The translations under genes and the position numbers were made by a program. Under the pieces are notes generated by a model. It had not been told where the DNA came from, did no database searches, and saw only the letters and a program-made list of their open reading frames with translations. Shown in pieces: positions 11,336 to 24,514 of a DNA stretch of 64,000 nt. Source of the stretch: Scyliorhinus canicula (taxonomy: Eukaryota); contig NW_024055493.1 of NCBI RefSeq assembly GCF_902713615.1, positions 124,001-188,000 of the forward strand, in the 5' to 3' direction. How positions within the stretch are numbered: position 1 is the first letter of the stretch; every line of letters begins with the position of its first letter.

Positions 11336-12439
11336 CCAGATCAGTTGTGATCTTGAACGAAAGAGCAAGCTTTCTCTCTCTCTCTCTCTTATATATTACA
11401 TATAGAGTAGAGAGGTATATTATGTATGCAATGGCCAACCGATGTCCAATATCGACGAGCCTAAGTTGTATCCATTCAAATTCCAATGAAAATTTTTCTG
11501 TCCCATCTTATCGTCAGGCTCAAATCATGGCCCCCGTGTTCTCACGTCGTGCACATTCCGATGGAAAGAATAAGCTTAACATTAGTTTTCCTGTCATTTT
11601 GGATACGCCCAATGGCATCCGCATTTTCACCGTGAATGTGCTGCACGTTCGCTTCCCTGTGAACTGCTGTATGCATTGTCCTCATCCTGCAGCTTAGATT
11701 GCTGTGATAGTTTAAATGTGCTATTCCTGGGTTTGTCCTGATGAGTGCTAGACCAAAGGGTTTGGCAACGTGTCATTCTTTTTATAAATAAATAAAACTT
11801 AATAAAATAAAACTTAATTTTAGCATTTTAGCGCCCTTAACTTCCTCGTTGAATTTCACCGGGATTTCTGTGCCTCCTTGCCCCTCTCACATTTGAAAGT
11901 GGATTACACCCTGTCTAGTTGTCCCACTATTATTCCCACGGAGTATTGAAGCTTTTATATTATGTTGATAAATTCTTCAATTATTCGTACACTAGATCAC
12001 GCCCAAGAATATTGGAGGATGTTGTGGAGGTAATAGTGAAGCTAACACGATAATGGGGGTAATGTGGAAAATGTAATGTTAAACATGCTGGAGAGCAACA
12101 AGTGATTCATTCGTTTTCAAGTAAGGAAATAGTAAATCGTTATATTAAGCTGAAACTTCACGCCATGTTTCGGTACTAAGGTAACATCACTTGCACAAAC
12201 TAACACATTTTAACGTGTGCTGCCCATATTCCACGTTCCTCTCGTCAAATTAGATCAGCAAGAAATAAACTAACAGTAACTGAGACACTTTAACCTCCAG
12301 CTGACCTGAAACCAGTTTAATCTGCAATAAATTACAGATTAACTTTTGGGACCACCGACAAAAAGGTGATGAGCTGTCACATCAGTGTAAGTGGTTTCTT
12401 GGTAAATTCTACCAGCAAGGGTAAATCGTGTTCCGTTAA

Positions 12440-12574
12440 AGTCCTTGACTGTTATGATGAGCAGCAGAGTTGATTGATGGGGAATTGCTATTGATGGATC
12501 TCCAAAAGCCATTTCATAAAGGTGCTGTCCCACAACCTTGTGAGAAAATGTGAAGCTCATAGAATAAAGTGGAC
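12440..12574 (+). mobile_element. Old CR1 fragment (left part of the host of the 12575-15672 insertion)
   Basis: Decayed KAFDKVPH..L..K..AHGI.G motif that resumes at 15679 (..WIRNWLR.RKQ..). Confidence 0.7.
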
Positions 12575-15500
12575 CATAAGACCATAAGACATAGGAGCGG
12601 AAGTAAGGCCATTCGGCCCATCGAGTCCACTCCACCATTCAATCATGGTTGATTTCAACTCCATTTACCCGCTCTCTCCCCATAGCCCTTAATTCCTCGA
12701 GAAATCAAGAATTTATCAATTTCTGTCTTAAAGACACTCAACGTCCCGGCCTCCACCGCCCTCTGTGGCAATGAATTCCACAGACCTACCACTCTCTGGC
12801 TGAAGAAATTTCTCCTCATCTCTGTTCTAAAGTGACTCCCTTTTATTCTAAGGCTGTGCCCCCGCGTCCTAGTCTCCCCTGCTAATGGAAACAACTTCCC
12901 TACGTTCATCCTATCCAAGCCCTTCATTATCTTGTAAGTTTCTATTAGATCTCCCCTCAACCTCCTAAACTCCAATGAATATAATCCCACGATCCTCAGA
13001 CGTTCATCGTATGTTAGGCCTACCATTCCTGGGATCATCCGTGTGAATCTCCGCTGACCCGCTCCAGTGCCAGTATGTCCTTCCTGAGGTGTGGGGCCCA
13101 AAATTGCTCACAGTATTCTAAATGGGGCCTAACTAGTGCTTTATAAAGCCTCAGAAGTACATCCCTGCTTTTATATTCCAAGCCTCTTGAGATAAATGAC
13201 AACATTACATTTGCTTTCTTAATTACGGACTCAACCTGCAAGTTTACCTTTAGAGGATCCTGGACTAGGACTCCAAGTCCCTTTGCACTTTAGCATTATG
13301 AATTTTGTCACCGTTTAGAAAATAGTCCATGCCTCTATTCTTTTTTCCAAAGTGCAAGACCTCGCACTTGCCCACGTTGAATTTCATCAGCCACTTCTTG
13401 GACCATTCTCCTAAACTGTCTAAATCTTTCTGCAGCCTCCCCACCTCCTCAATACTACCTGCCCCTCCACCTATCTTTGTATCATCGGCAAACTTGGCCA
13501 GAATGCCCCCAGTCCCGTCATCTAGATCGTTAATATATAAAGAGAACAGCTGTGGCCCCAACACTGAACCCTGCGGGACACCACTTGTCACCGGTTGCCA
13601 TTCCGAAAAAGAACCTTTTATCCCAACTCTCTGCCTTCTGTCTGACAGCCAATCGTCAATCCATGTTAGTACCTTGCCTCGAATACCATGGGCCCTTATT
13701 TTACTCAGCAGTCTCCCGTGAGGCACCTTGTCAAAGGCCTTTTGGAAGTCAAGATAGATAACATCCATTGGCTCTCCTTGGTCTAACCTATTTGTTATCT
13801 CTTCAAAGAACTCTAACAGGTTTGTCAGGCACGACCTCCCCTTACTAAATCCATGCTGACTTGTCCTAATCCGACCCTGCACTTCCAAGAATTTAGAAAT
13901 CTCATCCTTAACGATGGATTCTAGAATTTTGCCAACAACCGAGGTTAGGCTAATTGGCCTATAATTTTCCATCTTTTTTCTTGTTCCCTTCTTGAACAGG
14001 GGGGTTACAACAGCAATTTTCCAATCCTCTGGGACTTTCCCTGATTCCAGTGGCTTTTGAAAGATCAGAACTAACGCCTCCACTATTTCTTCAGCTATCT
14101 CCTTTAGAACTCTAGGATGTAGCCCATCTGGGCCCGGAGATTTATCAATTTTCAGACCTTTTAGTTTCTCTAGCACTTTCTCCTTTGTGATGGCAACCAT
14201 ATTCAACTCTGCCTCCTGACTTTCCTGAATTGTTGGGATATTACTCATGTCTTCTACTGTGAAGACTGACGCAAAGTACTTATTAAGTTCCTCAGCTATT
14301 TCCTTGTCTCCCATCACTAGATTACCAGCGTCATTTTGGAGCGGCCCAATGTCTACTTTTGCCTCCCGTTTGTTTTTAATGTATTTAAAGAAACTTTTAC
14401 TATCATTCCTAATGTTACTGGCTAGCCTACCTTCATATTTGATCCTCTCCTTCCTTATTTCTCTCTTTGTTATCCTCTGTTTGTTTTTGTAGCCTTCCCA
14501 ATCTTCTGACTTCCCACTACTCTTTGCCACATTATAGGCTCTCTCTTTTGCCTTGATGCATTCCCTGACTTCCTTTGCCAGCCATGGCTGCCTAATCCTC
14601 CCTCTGATAACCTTTCTTTTCTTTGGGATGAATCTCTGCACTGTGTCCTCAATTACTCCCAGAAACTCCTGCCATTGCTGTTCTACTGTCTTTCCCACTA
14701 GGCTCTGCTTCCAGTCGATTTTCGTCAGTTCCTCCCTCATGCGCCTGTAATTACCTTTATTTAACTGTAAAACCTTTACATCTGATTCTACCTTCCTTCT
14801 TTCAAATTGCAGACTGAATTCTACCATATTATGATCACTGCTTCCTAAGTGTTCCCTTACTTTAAGATCTTTTATCAATTCTGGCTCATTACATAACACT
14901 AAGTCCAGAATAGCCTGTTCCCTCGTGGGCTCCATCACAAGCTGTTCCAAAAAGCCATCCTGTAAACATTCAATGAATTCCCTTTCTTTGGGTCCACTGG
15001 CAACATTATTTACCCAGTCCACCTGCATATTGAAGTCCCCCATGATCACTGTGACCTTGCCTTTCTGACATGCCCTTTCTATTTCGTGGTGCATTTTGTG
15101 CCCCTGGTCCTGACCACTGTCAGGAGGTCTGTACATAACTCCCATTATGGTTTTTTTGCCTTTGTGGTTCCTCAACTCTACCCACACAGACTCCACATCG
15201 TCTGACCCTATGTCGTTTAGTGCTATTGATTTAATTTCATTTCTAATTAACAAGGCAACCCCGCCCCCTCTACCCACCTCTCTGTCTTTTCGATAGGTTG
15301 GAAATCCCTGGATGTTTAACTGCCAGATCTGAACCCCCTGCAACCACGTCTCTGTGATGCCTACCACATCATACCTGTCAGTCACAATCTGGGCCACAAG
15401 CTCATCTACCTTGTTCCGTACACTGCGGGCATTTAAATATAGCACCTTTAATTCCCTATTGACTGTCCCTTTTTGTTTTCTTAGTGTGGTGGACCTTGGT

Positions 15501-15672
15501 TTACTGAGCCTTTCCATACACTGTGTCATATTTTGTGAGATGGGGACTATCGTAACCTCTCCTGAGCTCTGTCTTTTCATGATTTTTTGTAATCCTAAAC
15601 AGCTACGCTTCCCACTGATTCCTTCACCTCTTGGTTCCCTGACTTTCCCTTCCCCCCCCCAAACTCTAGTTT
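12575..15672 (-). mobile_element. CR1-clade LINE, near-complete ORF2 (5'-truncated)
   Basis: 6-bp TSD GTGGAC at 12569-12574 and 15673-15678. (GTCTTATG)-type 3' tail at 12575-12592. Confidence 0.92.
12655..15580 (-). pseudogene. CR1 ORF2 (endonuclease + RT), 771-aa open segment plus a frameshifted C-terminus
   Basis: Motifs [41 protein letters not shown] and FADD. The frame breaks near 13270 and 13070 (continuations in ORFs 13035..13241 and 12655..13101). Confidence 0.9.
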
Positions 15673-15678
15673 GTGGAC

Positions 15679-16370
15679 AGTAGAAACATAGATCCGAAAT
15701 TGGCTAAGAGCCAGGAAACAGCTCGAAGTTTTGAAGGGCTGTCTTGTGGACAGAAAGAAGGTTTATCGTGAAGTTCACAGGTATCGGAAACACGACGTAG
15801 CTCTTCCTGTTACATATTAATGAACTAGACCTTGGTGCAGAGGACAAATTTCCAATTCTGGGAACCACAATTGAGAAAAGATGTGAAACAATTTCAGGTG
15901 GATGCAGAAAATATTCACGAGATTGGTTCCAGTGATGAGGAAATTCAGTTTCGAAGATAGATTGGAGACATTGGGACTGCTTTCCGCATGGAGAAGGTTG
16001 AGATGCGATCTGATGGAGTTATTCAAAACTTCGAGGAGTCTGGAGAGAATAGATGAGGAGGAACTGTACCCATTGGAGAAGGATGAAATACCAGGGGGAA
16101 ATATTGAATGTAATCAGGAAAGGAGCATTGAGATATAATGAGCAACTTTTACCCTGGAAGTGGCTATGATCTGGAATGGACTACTTGGGTTTGTGGGTAG
16201 ACGCGGGCTCGATGGATACTTTCAAAAAGAAATTTGATTATTATCTGAAAAGAAAAAGAAACGCTAGACTCTGGGGGAAAGAGTGGTTTTGGGTAAATTG
16301 ATCCTTTACAGGGCCGAGCAAATACACGACATACCGAATGGCCTTCTTCTGGACTGTAAGTATTCTCTGC
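15679..16370 (+). mobile_element. Old CR1 3' fragment (right part of host)
   Basis: ORF 15902..16138 (QKIFTRLVP.MRKFSFEDRLETLGL..RRLRCDL) followed by a decayed 3' tail. Confidence 0.7.
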
Positions 16371-16439
16371 ATGCGTAAAGGGTAGACAGTGACGCAATGA
16401 CAATACCACTGGTCTATTGATTGAGACGCCCAGGCTAAC

Positions 16440-16770
16440 TCTCTGAGGACATGTGTTCCAATCCCACTACATCAGACCGTGTAACTTAAAAATGCGCTTC
16501 AAATTGTGAATTTAAAGTTAGTTTCAGTGATGGTGGCCATGAAAATATTGTCAGAAAAACACAGCTGATTCGCTGATGGCCTGCACGGAAGGGAACCTTC
16601 CATCCTGACCCAGTCTGGGCTCTCTGTGACCCACAGCAGCCTGGTTGACTCTTAACTGCCCTCTGGGATGGCCGGGAACCAAATACATTCATGGGATTAC
16701 AGGTTGTCAACGAATGCCGGCCTTTCCAGCGAGGCACATATCCCATGAAATATTAAGAAACAGTATTTTA
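16440..16770 (+). mobile_element. Old tRNA-type SINE (second family, 3' tail shared with the second LINE family)
   Basis: Shares blocks with the 23690-24335 copy (GATGGTGGCCATGAAA.., CCCACAGCA..GGTTGACTCTTAACTGCCCTC.., ..CACATATCCCATGAA). Confidence 0.6.
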
Positions 16771-17549
16771 ACAGCATATATGCGATAGCTAGGCTTGCCC
16801 AGCAGGTGGCAGTGAGACCGTTATTACTGGAATGACCTGAAGGAGAGATTGTCTCAAATATTACGGAATAGACTTTGCTTTTACTCATAGATCCTGTCTC
16901 TGTTTACATTACAGACAGACATGTTTCTGATAATTTGATAGCGGGTCTCAGTTGCTTTTATAGTCGACAAAATCCCAGTTATTGTTCTGAACTAAGACCC
17001 ATTTACACCACACACCGGCAGTTACAACTACACTGAATTTTACAAAGAACAAAGAATATTAAAGCACAGGAACAGGCCCTTCTGCCCTCCAAGAGCGAAC
17101 GAACCATGCTGCCAGTCCGAGCTAATGTAATAAAATTCCATGTCTCAATTCTTACATCACTAGATCCAGTCGCTACAGATACCAAATAACAACATGTTAC
17201 TGTTTCCATCATACGAGACTCTGTCTCTCTCTCTCTTATTTCTTTGCGAGAACGTGATACACATATACAGTAGACATTATCTCAATCAATGCTGCACCAG
17301 TCCTGCCTCTGTTTATATCATGCAATTCTCTGTCTCTGCTGTTGCACTATGTTCTGTTTCTCTTGTTGCTGCATTTGTCCGTGTCATAACTTCTATTATT
17401 CTAGACTTGGTCTGCAAATTACTGAACCAGACTCTGTCTCAGTTTAAACACACAAAGTCTGGGCTTAGATAAAGTTACACTAGACTCTTATCCCAAATGG
17501 TGTCTTCGTTATTACTGCACTGGACCATGCCTCTGTTCATATAATACAG

Positions 17550-19829
17550 ATGTGGAGATGCCAGCGTTGGACTGGAATGAGCACAGTAAGAAACCTGACA
17601 ACACCAGGTTAAAGTCCAACAGGTCTTTTCAAATCATTCGCTTTCGGAGCACTGCTCCTTCCTCGGGTCAATGAAGAGGTAGGTTCCAGAAACAATATGT
17701 AGACAAAGTCAAAGATGCCAGAAAATGCTTTAAATGCGAGAATTTGCAGGTAATTTATTCTCTACAGATCCAGAGAGAGGGGTAAAGAGGTGAGAATTGT
17801 CTCAAGCCAGGAGAATTGGTAGAGTTTCGCAAACCCAGGCCAGATGGTGGTGGGCGAAAGTAATGCGACATGAATCGAAGGTCCTGGTTGAGGCCATACT
17901 CATGTGTGTGGAACTTGGCTATAACTTTCTGGTCGGCGATTCTGCGTTGTTGAGCGCCCTGAACGTTGCCTTGGAGAACGCTTACCTGAAGATCAGAGGC
18001 TGAATTCCTTGACTACTGAAGTGTTCCCCGACAGGAAGGGAACATTCCTGCATGGCGATTGTTGCGCTCTGTCTGTTCATCCATTGTTGCAGCGTCTGGT
18101 TGGTCTCGCCAATGTACCGCACTTCTGGACATCCTTACCTGCAACGTATGAGGTAGACAACGTTGGCTGTGTCACATGGGTATGTACCACATACCTGGTG
18201 GGTGGTGTTCTCACATGTAATGGTGGTATCCATGTCGATGACCTGGCATGTCTTTCAGAAATTGCCATGGCAATGTTGTGTGGTGTCGTGGTTGCTGATC
18301 TGAAGGCTGGGTAATTTGCTGCAAACAATGGTTTGTTTGAGGTTGCGCGGTTCTTTGAAGGCAAGTGGGGGTGTCGGAATGACTTTGACAAGAATTTCGT
18401 CTTCAAGAACTAGACAACGAAGGGTACTCTGTCGGATGTGTCCCGTGTTTGTCATCTGGGGAGTTCGGTGCGTTTCTTTGCTGTGGAGCGTTGGAACTAT
18501 CGATCGATGAGTCGAGCGCCATATCCCGTTCAGACGAGGGCATCTTTCAGCGTCTGTAGATGTTTGTTACGCTCCTCTTCATCTGAGCAGGTCCTGCTTA
18601 TATAGAGGGCTTCTCCATAGGAGATGGCTTATTTAATGTGTTTAGGGTGGAAGCTGGAGAAGTGGAGCATCGTGAGGCTATCCGTGGGCTTGCGGTAAAA
18701 CAAAGTGCTGAGGTAACCATCCTTGATGGAGATGAGTGTGTCCAAGAATGCAACCGATTCTGGAGAGTAGTCCTTGGTGAGTCTGATGGTGGGATGGAAC
18801 TTATTGATATCATCGCGTAGTTGTTTCAGTGATTCTTCGACTTGGGTTCAAAGGAAAAAAATGTCGTCGATGTATGTGGTGTTTAACGTCGGTTGAATGT
18901 CCTGTGCGGTGAGGAGGTCTTGTTCAAACTTGAGCATGAAGATGTTGGCGTATTGAGGTGCGAATTTGGTCCCCATGGCCGTTCTGTGTGTCTGGATGAA
19001 GAACTTGTTGTCGAAGGTGAAGACGTTTTGATCCAGAATGAAGCGGATGAGTTGCAGAATTGCGTCTGGAGATTGGCAGTTGTCGGTGTTGAGTACTGAG
19101 GCTGTTGCAGCAATGCCATCGTCATGTGTGATGCTGGTGTAGAGTACCGTGACGTCCATTGTGACGAGGAATGTTCCTGGTTTAACTGGTCAATTGATGC
19201 TGAGTATCTGTAGGAAGTCTGTCGTGTCACGTCTGAAGCTGGGCGTCCTTGTACGATGGGTTTCAGGATGCCCTCGATGCAGCCAGAGAGGTTCTCACAC
19301 AGGTTCCCATTGCCTGAAACGAGAGGACGGTCTGGTGTGTTGGCCTTTTGTATTTTCAGGAGGCAGGAGAGATCTCCAACGTGGGGAGTACGTGCGATGA
19401 GAGCACGTAGGGTACTCTGAAGGTCAGGATCGAAGGTCTTGATCAGTCTGTTGAGTTGTTTGGTGTGGACCCAGGTCGTATCTGCGGGTAACTGTCGTGT
19501 TCCTTGTTGTTGAGTTGTTGGTACACGTCTTTGCAGTTGTCCGTTCTGTTCAGTATGACGGTGGTTTGGTCTGCTGGTTTGTCTGCTGGTTTGATGACAA
19601 TGTTGTGGTTGATGTTGAGAGCGCTAATGGCGTTGCGCTGTGCTTGGGTGACGCTCGGGGCTGCCTTGTGAATGTGACTGATGAATCTGGCATTGACGCA
19701 ACTCCTGACGGCTTGAGCATACATGTCTAGTCCAGGGCAGCGGACTTCCGGAGGGATCCAATTCGACTCTTTTCTCTTTGGTTCCCGCACCGCAGATCTC
19801 TCAGTTTGCTGTTCTGGTTCATTAGTTGT
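17550..19829 (-). mobile_element. Penelope-like element (PLE1): degenerate RT + GIY-YIG + pseudo-LTR with 3' tail
   Basis: ORF 18848..19159 (MDVTVLYTSI..AMGTKFAPQYANIFM..YIDDIFF) is PLE RT. GIY-YIG remnants lie at ~17860-18250. 11-bp TSD ATATAATACAG at 17539-17549 and 19830-19840. Confidence 0.9.
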
Positions 19830-20349
19830 ATATAATACAGGACCTTGTCGCAGTTATTACTGTACCGGCGCAGCCTAATGTTTATTCCACTGGATTGTGT
19901 CTCCGTTTATATTTCACTTATCATGTCGCTGCTTATATTCTGGGAGTGTCTATCTTAGTCTATATTACACTGGCCCCTATCTTACTTTACATTAGACTAT
20001 ACCCTGTCTGAATTTGTATTGCGATGGACATTATATCTGTTAATATTGCAATAGATCTTGCCTTTGTTCTTACTGCGTATCGCATGTCTCTGTTTATATC
20101 ACAAAACACAAGGTCAGTTATGAATACCCTGGAGAACTGCGAGGTTATCCAATTTGGTAGCAAAACCAGAATGTAGACTATTATCTGAATGATATAAATC
20201 AGGTCTGGGGAATGTGCAACGAGACCTGGGTGTCCTTGTGCACAAGTCACTGAAGGTAAGCATTCAGACTCAGCAGGCGGATCTCATGAAAAAACATAAA
20301 ATTCGAAGAAGATTAGGCAGGGTAGATTCAAGAAGGACGAGGAGTCGGG

Positions 20350-20652
20350 CGTCGGACTGGGGTCTGGTATAATAATAATCAGAGAGATCAGCGCCAGTGT
20401 ATCAATAACAGAGACTACCGGGCCCGGGGTCAGACTGGGGTCTGGGATAATAATAATCACAGAGACCGGCTCCAGTGTATCAATAACAGAGACTGCCGGG
20501 CCCGGGGTCAGACTGGGGTCTGGTATAATAATAATCACAGAGACCGGCTCCAGTGTATCACTAACAGAGACTGCCGGGCCCGGGGTCAGACTGGGGTCTG
20601 GTATAATAATAATCACAGAGACCGGCTCCAGTGTATCAATAACAGAGACTGG
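20350..20652. repeat. 78-bp minisatellite, just under 4 copies
   Basis: Unit GAGACCGGCTCCAGTGTATCAATAACAGAGACTGCCGGGCCCGGGGTCAGACTGGGGTCTGGTATAATAATAATCACA. It appears as a 26-aa repeat in ORF 20284..20688. Confidence 0.93.
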
Positions 20653-20996
20653 TGATAATCTTCGGTGAAGGGAGGCAGGGGAGCTCATGAACAGCTAATG
20701 TTAAGAGGAAGTGAAACTATCAGAAAGCAATGATGCTCCGGGCCCTAGCCCAGGCTTCATTATCATGCTGAGTGACAGGGATGTGTGTGGGAATAGTGGA
20801 TTGGAAACTTCATTGAGTGAGGTGCGTGTGATTGACTCCACCTAGAATCTTTATACCCAATGGGAGGACAATTATGGCAGACCTTATAATGATGCATCTG
20901 TCGGGGGAAACAAAAACATCTGTTTCTTCTCATTCTTACCAAGTTCTCCATTTACACAGACATGCAAGAGCCCGTTCCGGCAGCTTATGAAACCTA

Positions 20997-21225
20997 TATT
21001 TATTTTGTAAATTTAGAGTACGCATTTATTTATATTTTCAATTAAGGGGCAATTTAGCATGGCCAATCCACCGACCCTTCACAACTTTGGGTTGTGGGCG
21101 TGAAAAATACACACTCACGGGGAAAAGGTGCAAACTCCACACGGGCAGTGATCCAGGACCGGGATCGAACACGGGTCCTCAGAAGCATAGGCAGCAGTGC
21201 TAACCACTGCACCGCCGTACCGTCC
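20997..21225 (-). mobile_element. Short poly(A) V-SINE
   Basis: Same architecture as 9681-9920 (T-rich tail, TTAAGGGGCAATTTAGC.TGGCCAATCC, GTGCAAACTCCACAC, tRNA-like head). TSD only weakly recognisable. Confidence 0.85.
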
Positions 21226-21489
21226 CAGCATATGTGCATTTATGTTTAATCATCAGATTGGGACACAGTCTAAAAGACAAAGCCTCATCACAGGAAGAAT
21301 TAGTGCCACAAATGTTAATGATAATTGTTCTTTTTCGAAACAAGGGCTATTCACTGTTACTTTGTCCAAAGTAGTGGATTGCAAACAGCAACGAACCTCT
21401 GAAAGATTCGTGGCAATTATCTACACACACAGGTTCTGCCGAAAGACAGGATCAGCACAAGAGCAAAGATGTGTAATGATTGCATTTTA

Positions 21490-21790
21490 TTCGGCCTCAA
21501 TGAAGGACAGAGGTAGATCCAGAAAAGGTGCTGGGACAATGATTAGAGATGAACCATCCAACTGGTCCCATTCCCTCTCATCCTTCAGATCTTAATACCT
21601 TCAAATATTTATCCATCATTTTCCAAAGTTATTGTTATATCTGATTCCATCATACATTCCAGATGTATGTTCCAGTTTATAACAACTCTCTGTGTAAAAA
21701 CAATCCTCCTGTTCAATACAGTAAATCTGTGTCCTCTGGTTACAGACCCTCCTGCCAGTTGTAATAGTCTCTCTTTAATCACTGTACTCA
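21490..21790 (-). mobile_element. Old CR1 3' fragment
   Basis: ORF 21609..21836 contains GSVTRGHRF..RRIVFTQRVVINWN. Confidence 0.7.
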
Positions 21791-23141
21791 AACCTTGATG
21801 GTTTTGTTTTAGAAGTTTAATTAAACAGACACACATAAAGATGGAGAAAGATACAGAGAGAGAGAGAGAGAGAGTGAAACTGAGCGAAGAAATGAGAAAG
21901 AGAGAGGCGGGGTTGAGAGATAAAATCTGAGAAACCGTAAAGACAAATTACACAGGGAGAGGGAGAATGAAAAATAGTGAAATGGAACAAGATATCATTT
22001 CCTGGCTTCAGAGAACCGGGGAAACTCAGTGACTGATCCACTGACCATCCAGTTATGTCCTCGAGTGGAAGCTTTGAACAGATCACAACAGGTTCATTTG
22101 TAAATGTCACCGCAATGTGATCTGTGTGACTCTGCCCTGACTCTGTGGACAGATATAGGCCGCACTGACAGATGTTCTCACCAGATTGTGGTCCCTGGAT
22201 TTATTTTCTGTTCAGAAGTGAGATGTGCGGTTTGGAACCGGCAGCAGAGAAACAGGAAGTTGTGTTACCTGAGAATGAAACAGCAGGCGTCAGTTTCATG
22301 TTATCACCGTGAACAGTCTTCCTGCCTGTGAGGGTGAACTCACTCTGACAGCATCAAGAACACCCACACAGATTGCTGCCGCTCTCAGCATTACATTCAC
22401 CTCACTGCCCATTCCCTTGAAAAAGTTATATTATTTGTTTAAAAACACAGTAACCGATCGGGAGGTGCACAGATGATCTTCACTGGTCATAATACAACTA
22501 ATAATCTGGAGACATGAAGGGAAATTGAAGCAACAATCTGTTAACAGAGGTTATACTAATGTAGAACATTTCATGTCACTTGATGTCAGAGCGAGAGGGG
22601 GGGGGGGAGAGAGGGGTGGGGGGGGGGGGGGGGGGGGGAGAGAACGCGGTTAAGTGAATGACCTGGTGCCTTTCTGGCACAGAATTTTCCTCTGATGACG
22701 TTTTGGTGCTTAATTATTTTCAGAAGTGCCTTCAGCAAAAAAAGATTTAAACACGAGGTGCCATTTAAACACTAGGTTCCAGACTCGGCTGATGTGTGCC
22801 TGTGTGAGTGAGTTAAGTCTGAGAGAGAGAAGAGGGTTCAACTGATTTAGGTGCAGCCTGAGACAGAGAAAGCGAGCTGAACCGATATGTAAGTAATTTG
22901 AAAGATACATTTGCCTTTTCAATGGAATGGACATCATGATATTACTGTCTAGATCACTCAAGACAATACATTACATATTGAGTGTAGCGCAGGATGTGGA
23001 AGGTAATCTCAATAAAATGTCGTCCTGTGCTGAAAAATAATTGCAATTATTGGCCACGCCATTTTGCAAACAATGAATAATGATGTGTTCCAGACTAACC
23101 GGCCCATATAGACATACAGGCGCATACATAGACACACCTAT

Positions 23142-23192
23142 CCACACACAGACCCACACACATACACACACACACACACACACACATACACA
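23142..23192. repeat. (CA)n microsatellite
   Basis: Direct reading. Confidence 0.9.
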
Positions 23193-23689
23193 CCGTTTCA
23201 GACTCGGTCTTTCACAATCAGTGGCTACACCAAAAGCAAACAGAAATCCATTCAGCAAAAAGGGTGAAAGACAATTCGGACGATGAAAGGAAACAGTGGG
23301 TAATTGCCACAGATGAACACAAGGCTGAATTAGTCATATCCAACACAATGGAGTTTGTGACTGTGTTGTGCAATGTGACGTTCAATATGGCTCCTGTGTT
23401 TCTGTTCCTCAGCCTGGTGATGAAGTGAATGTCACAAGATTCGCTCCGACCTTGCAGCAAAATATTACACATCCATTACCAGACCAATCACACAACACCA
23501 AATAGTTATTCATTGTGCTTTTGTAAGTGAATTAAGGCTGAGAGAGAACAGAGACATTAATTAATCTAGGTGCAGGCAGGAGTTTGAAAGATGTATTTGC
23601 CTTTGCAACGAACGTCCATAACAGCTAATATTTATTGACACAACGAAATATATTCTTCCAAACACGTGAGTGCCCCTTTCCACACACTG

Positions 23690-24335
23690 GTATTGTCGCT
23701 GGGCTAGTAATCCAGAGACCCAGAGTCAAGCTCTGGGGATCCGGGCTCCCACCATGGCATGTGGTGAATTCATAGATCATAGAATTTACAGTGCAGAAGG
23801 AGGCCATTCAGCCCATCGAGTTTGCACCGGCTCCTGGAAAGAGCACCCTACCCAAGGTTAACACCCCCACCCTATCCCCATAACCCAGTAACCCCACCCA
23901 ACACTAAGGGCAATTTTGGACACTAAGAGTAATTTATCATGTCCAACCCACCTAACTTGCACATCGTTGGACTGTGGGAGGAAACCGGAGCACCCGGAGG
24001 AAACCCAAGCACACACGGGGAGGATGTGCAGACTCTGCACAGACAGTGACCCAAGCCGGAATCGAACCTGGGACCCTGGAACTGTGAAGTGATTGTGCTA
24101 TCCACAATGCTACCGTGCAGCCCACGATAGCAATTAAAAGTCTAATGATGACCATGAAACCATTGTCATGTGTAATCAAAACCCATCTGTTCGCTGATGA
24201 CCTTCGTAACTAGTCTGACCTATGTATGACTCCAGATGACCCCACAGCAATGTCGTTGACTTTGAAATGCCCTCAGGGATGGGCACAATCAGCCAGCGGC
24301 ATCCACATCCCGTGAACGAATAAAAAGTATTTAGT
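23690..24335 (+). mobile_element. tRNA-type SINE (second family) interrupted by an HE1 SINE
   Basis: Head at 23690-23770 (CTAGTAATCCAGAG..CCCACCATGGCA..GGTGAATT). Body and tail resume at 24124 and end in CCACATCCCGTGAACGAATAAAAA. Confidence 0.75.
23771..24123 (-). mobile_element. HE1-type V-SINE, full length with CR1/HER1-like tail
   Basis: Complete V-domain (GGGTTTCCTCCGGGTGCTCCGGTTTCCTCCCACAGTCC) on the - strand and an (ATTCTATG)-type 3' end at 23771. Confidence 0.9.
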
Positions 24336-24341
24336 ATCTTG

Positions 24342-24507
24342 NNNNNNNNNNNNNNNNNNNNNNNNNNNNNNNNNNNNNNNNNNNNNNNNNNNNNNNNNNN
24401 NNNNNNNNNNNNNNNNNNNNNNNNNNNNNNNNNNNNNNNNNNNNNNNNNNNNNNNNNNNNNNNNNNNNNNNNNNNNNNNNNNNNNNNNNNNNNNNNNNNN
24501 NNNNNNN
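24342..24507. other. Assembly gap (166 N)
   Basis: Run of N. True length unknown. Confidence 0.99.
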
Positions 24508-24514
24508 TTAGACA

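Noticed and set aside
20284-20688. ORF with 26-aa repeats, and a possible CRISPR-like array
   Set aside because: It is a 78-bp minisatellite with no unique spacers, in a vertebrate genome. The same applies to the 65-bp array at 62562-63630.
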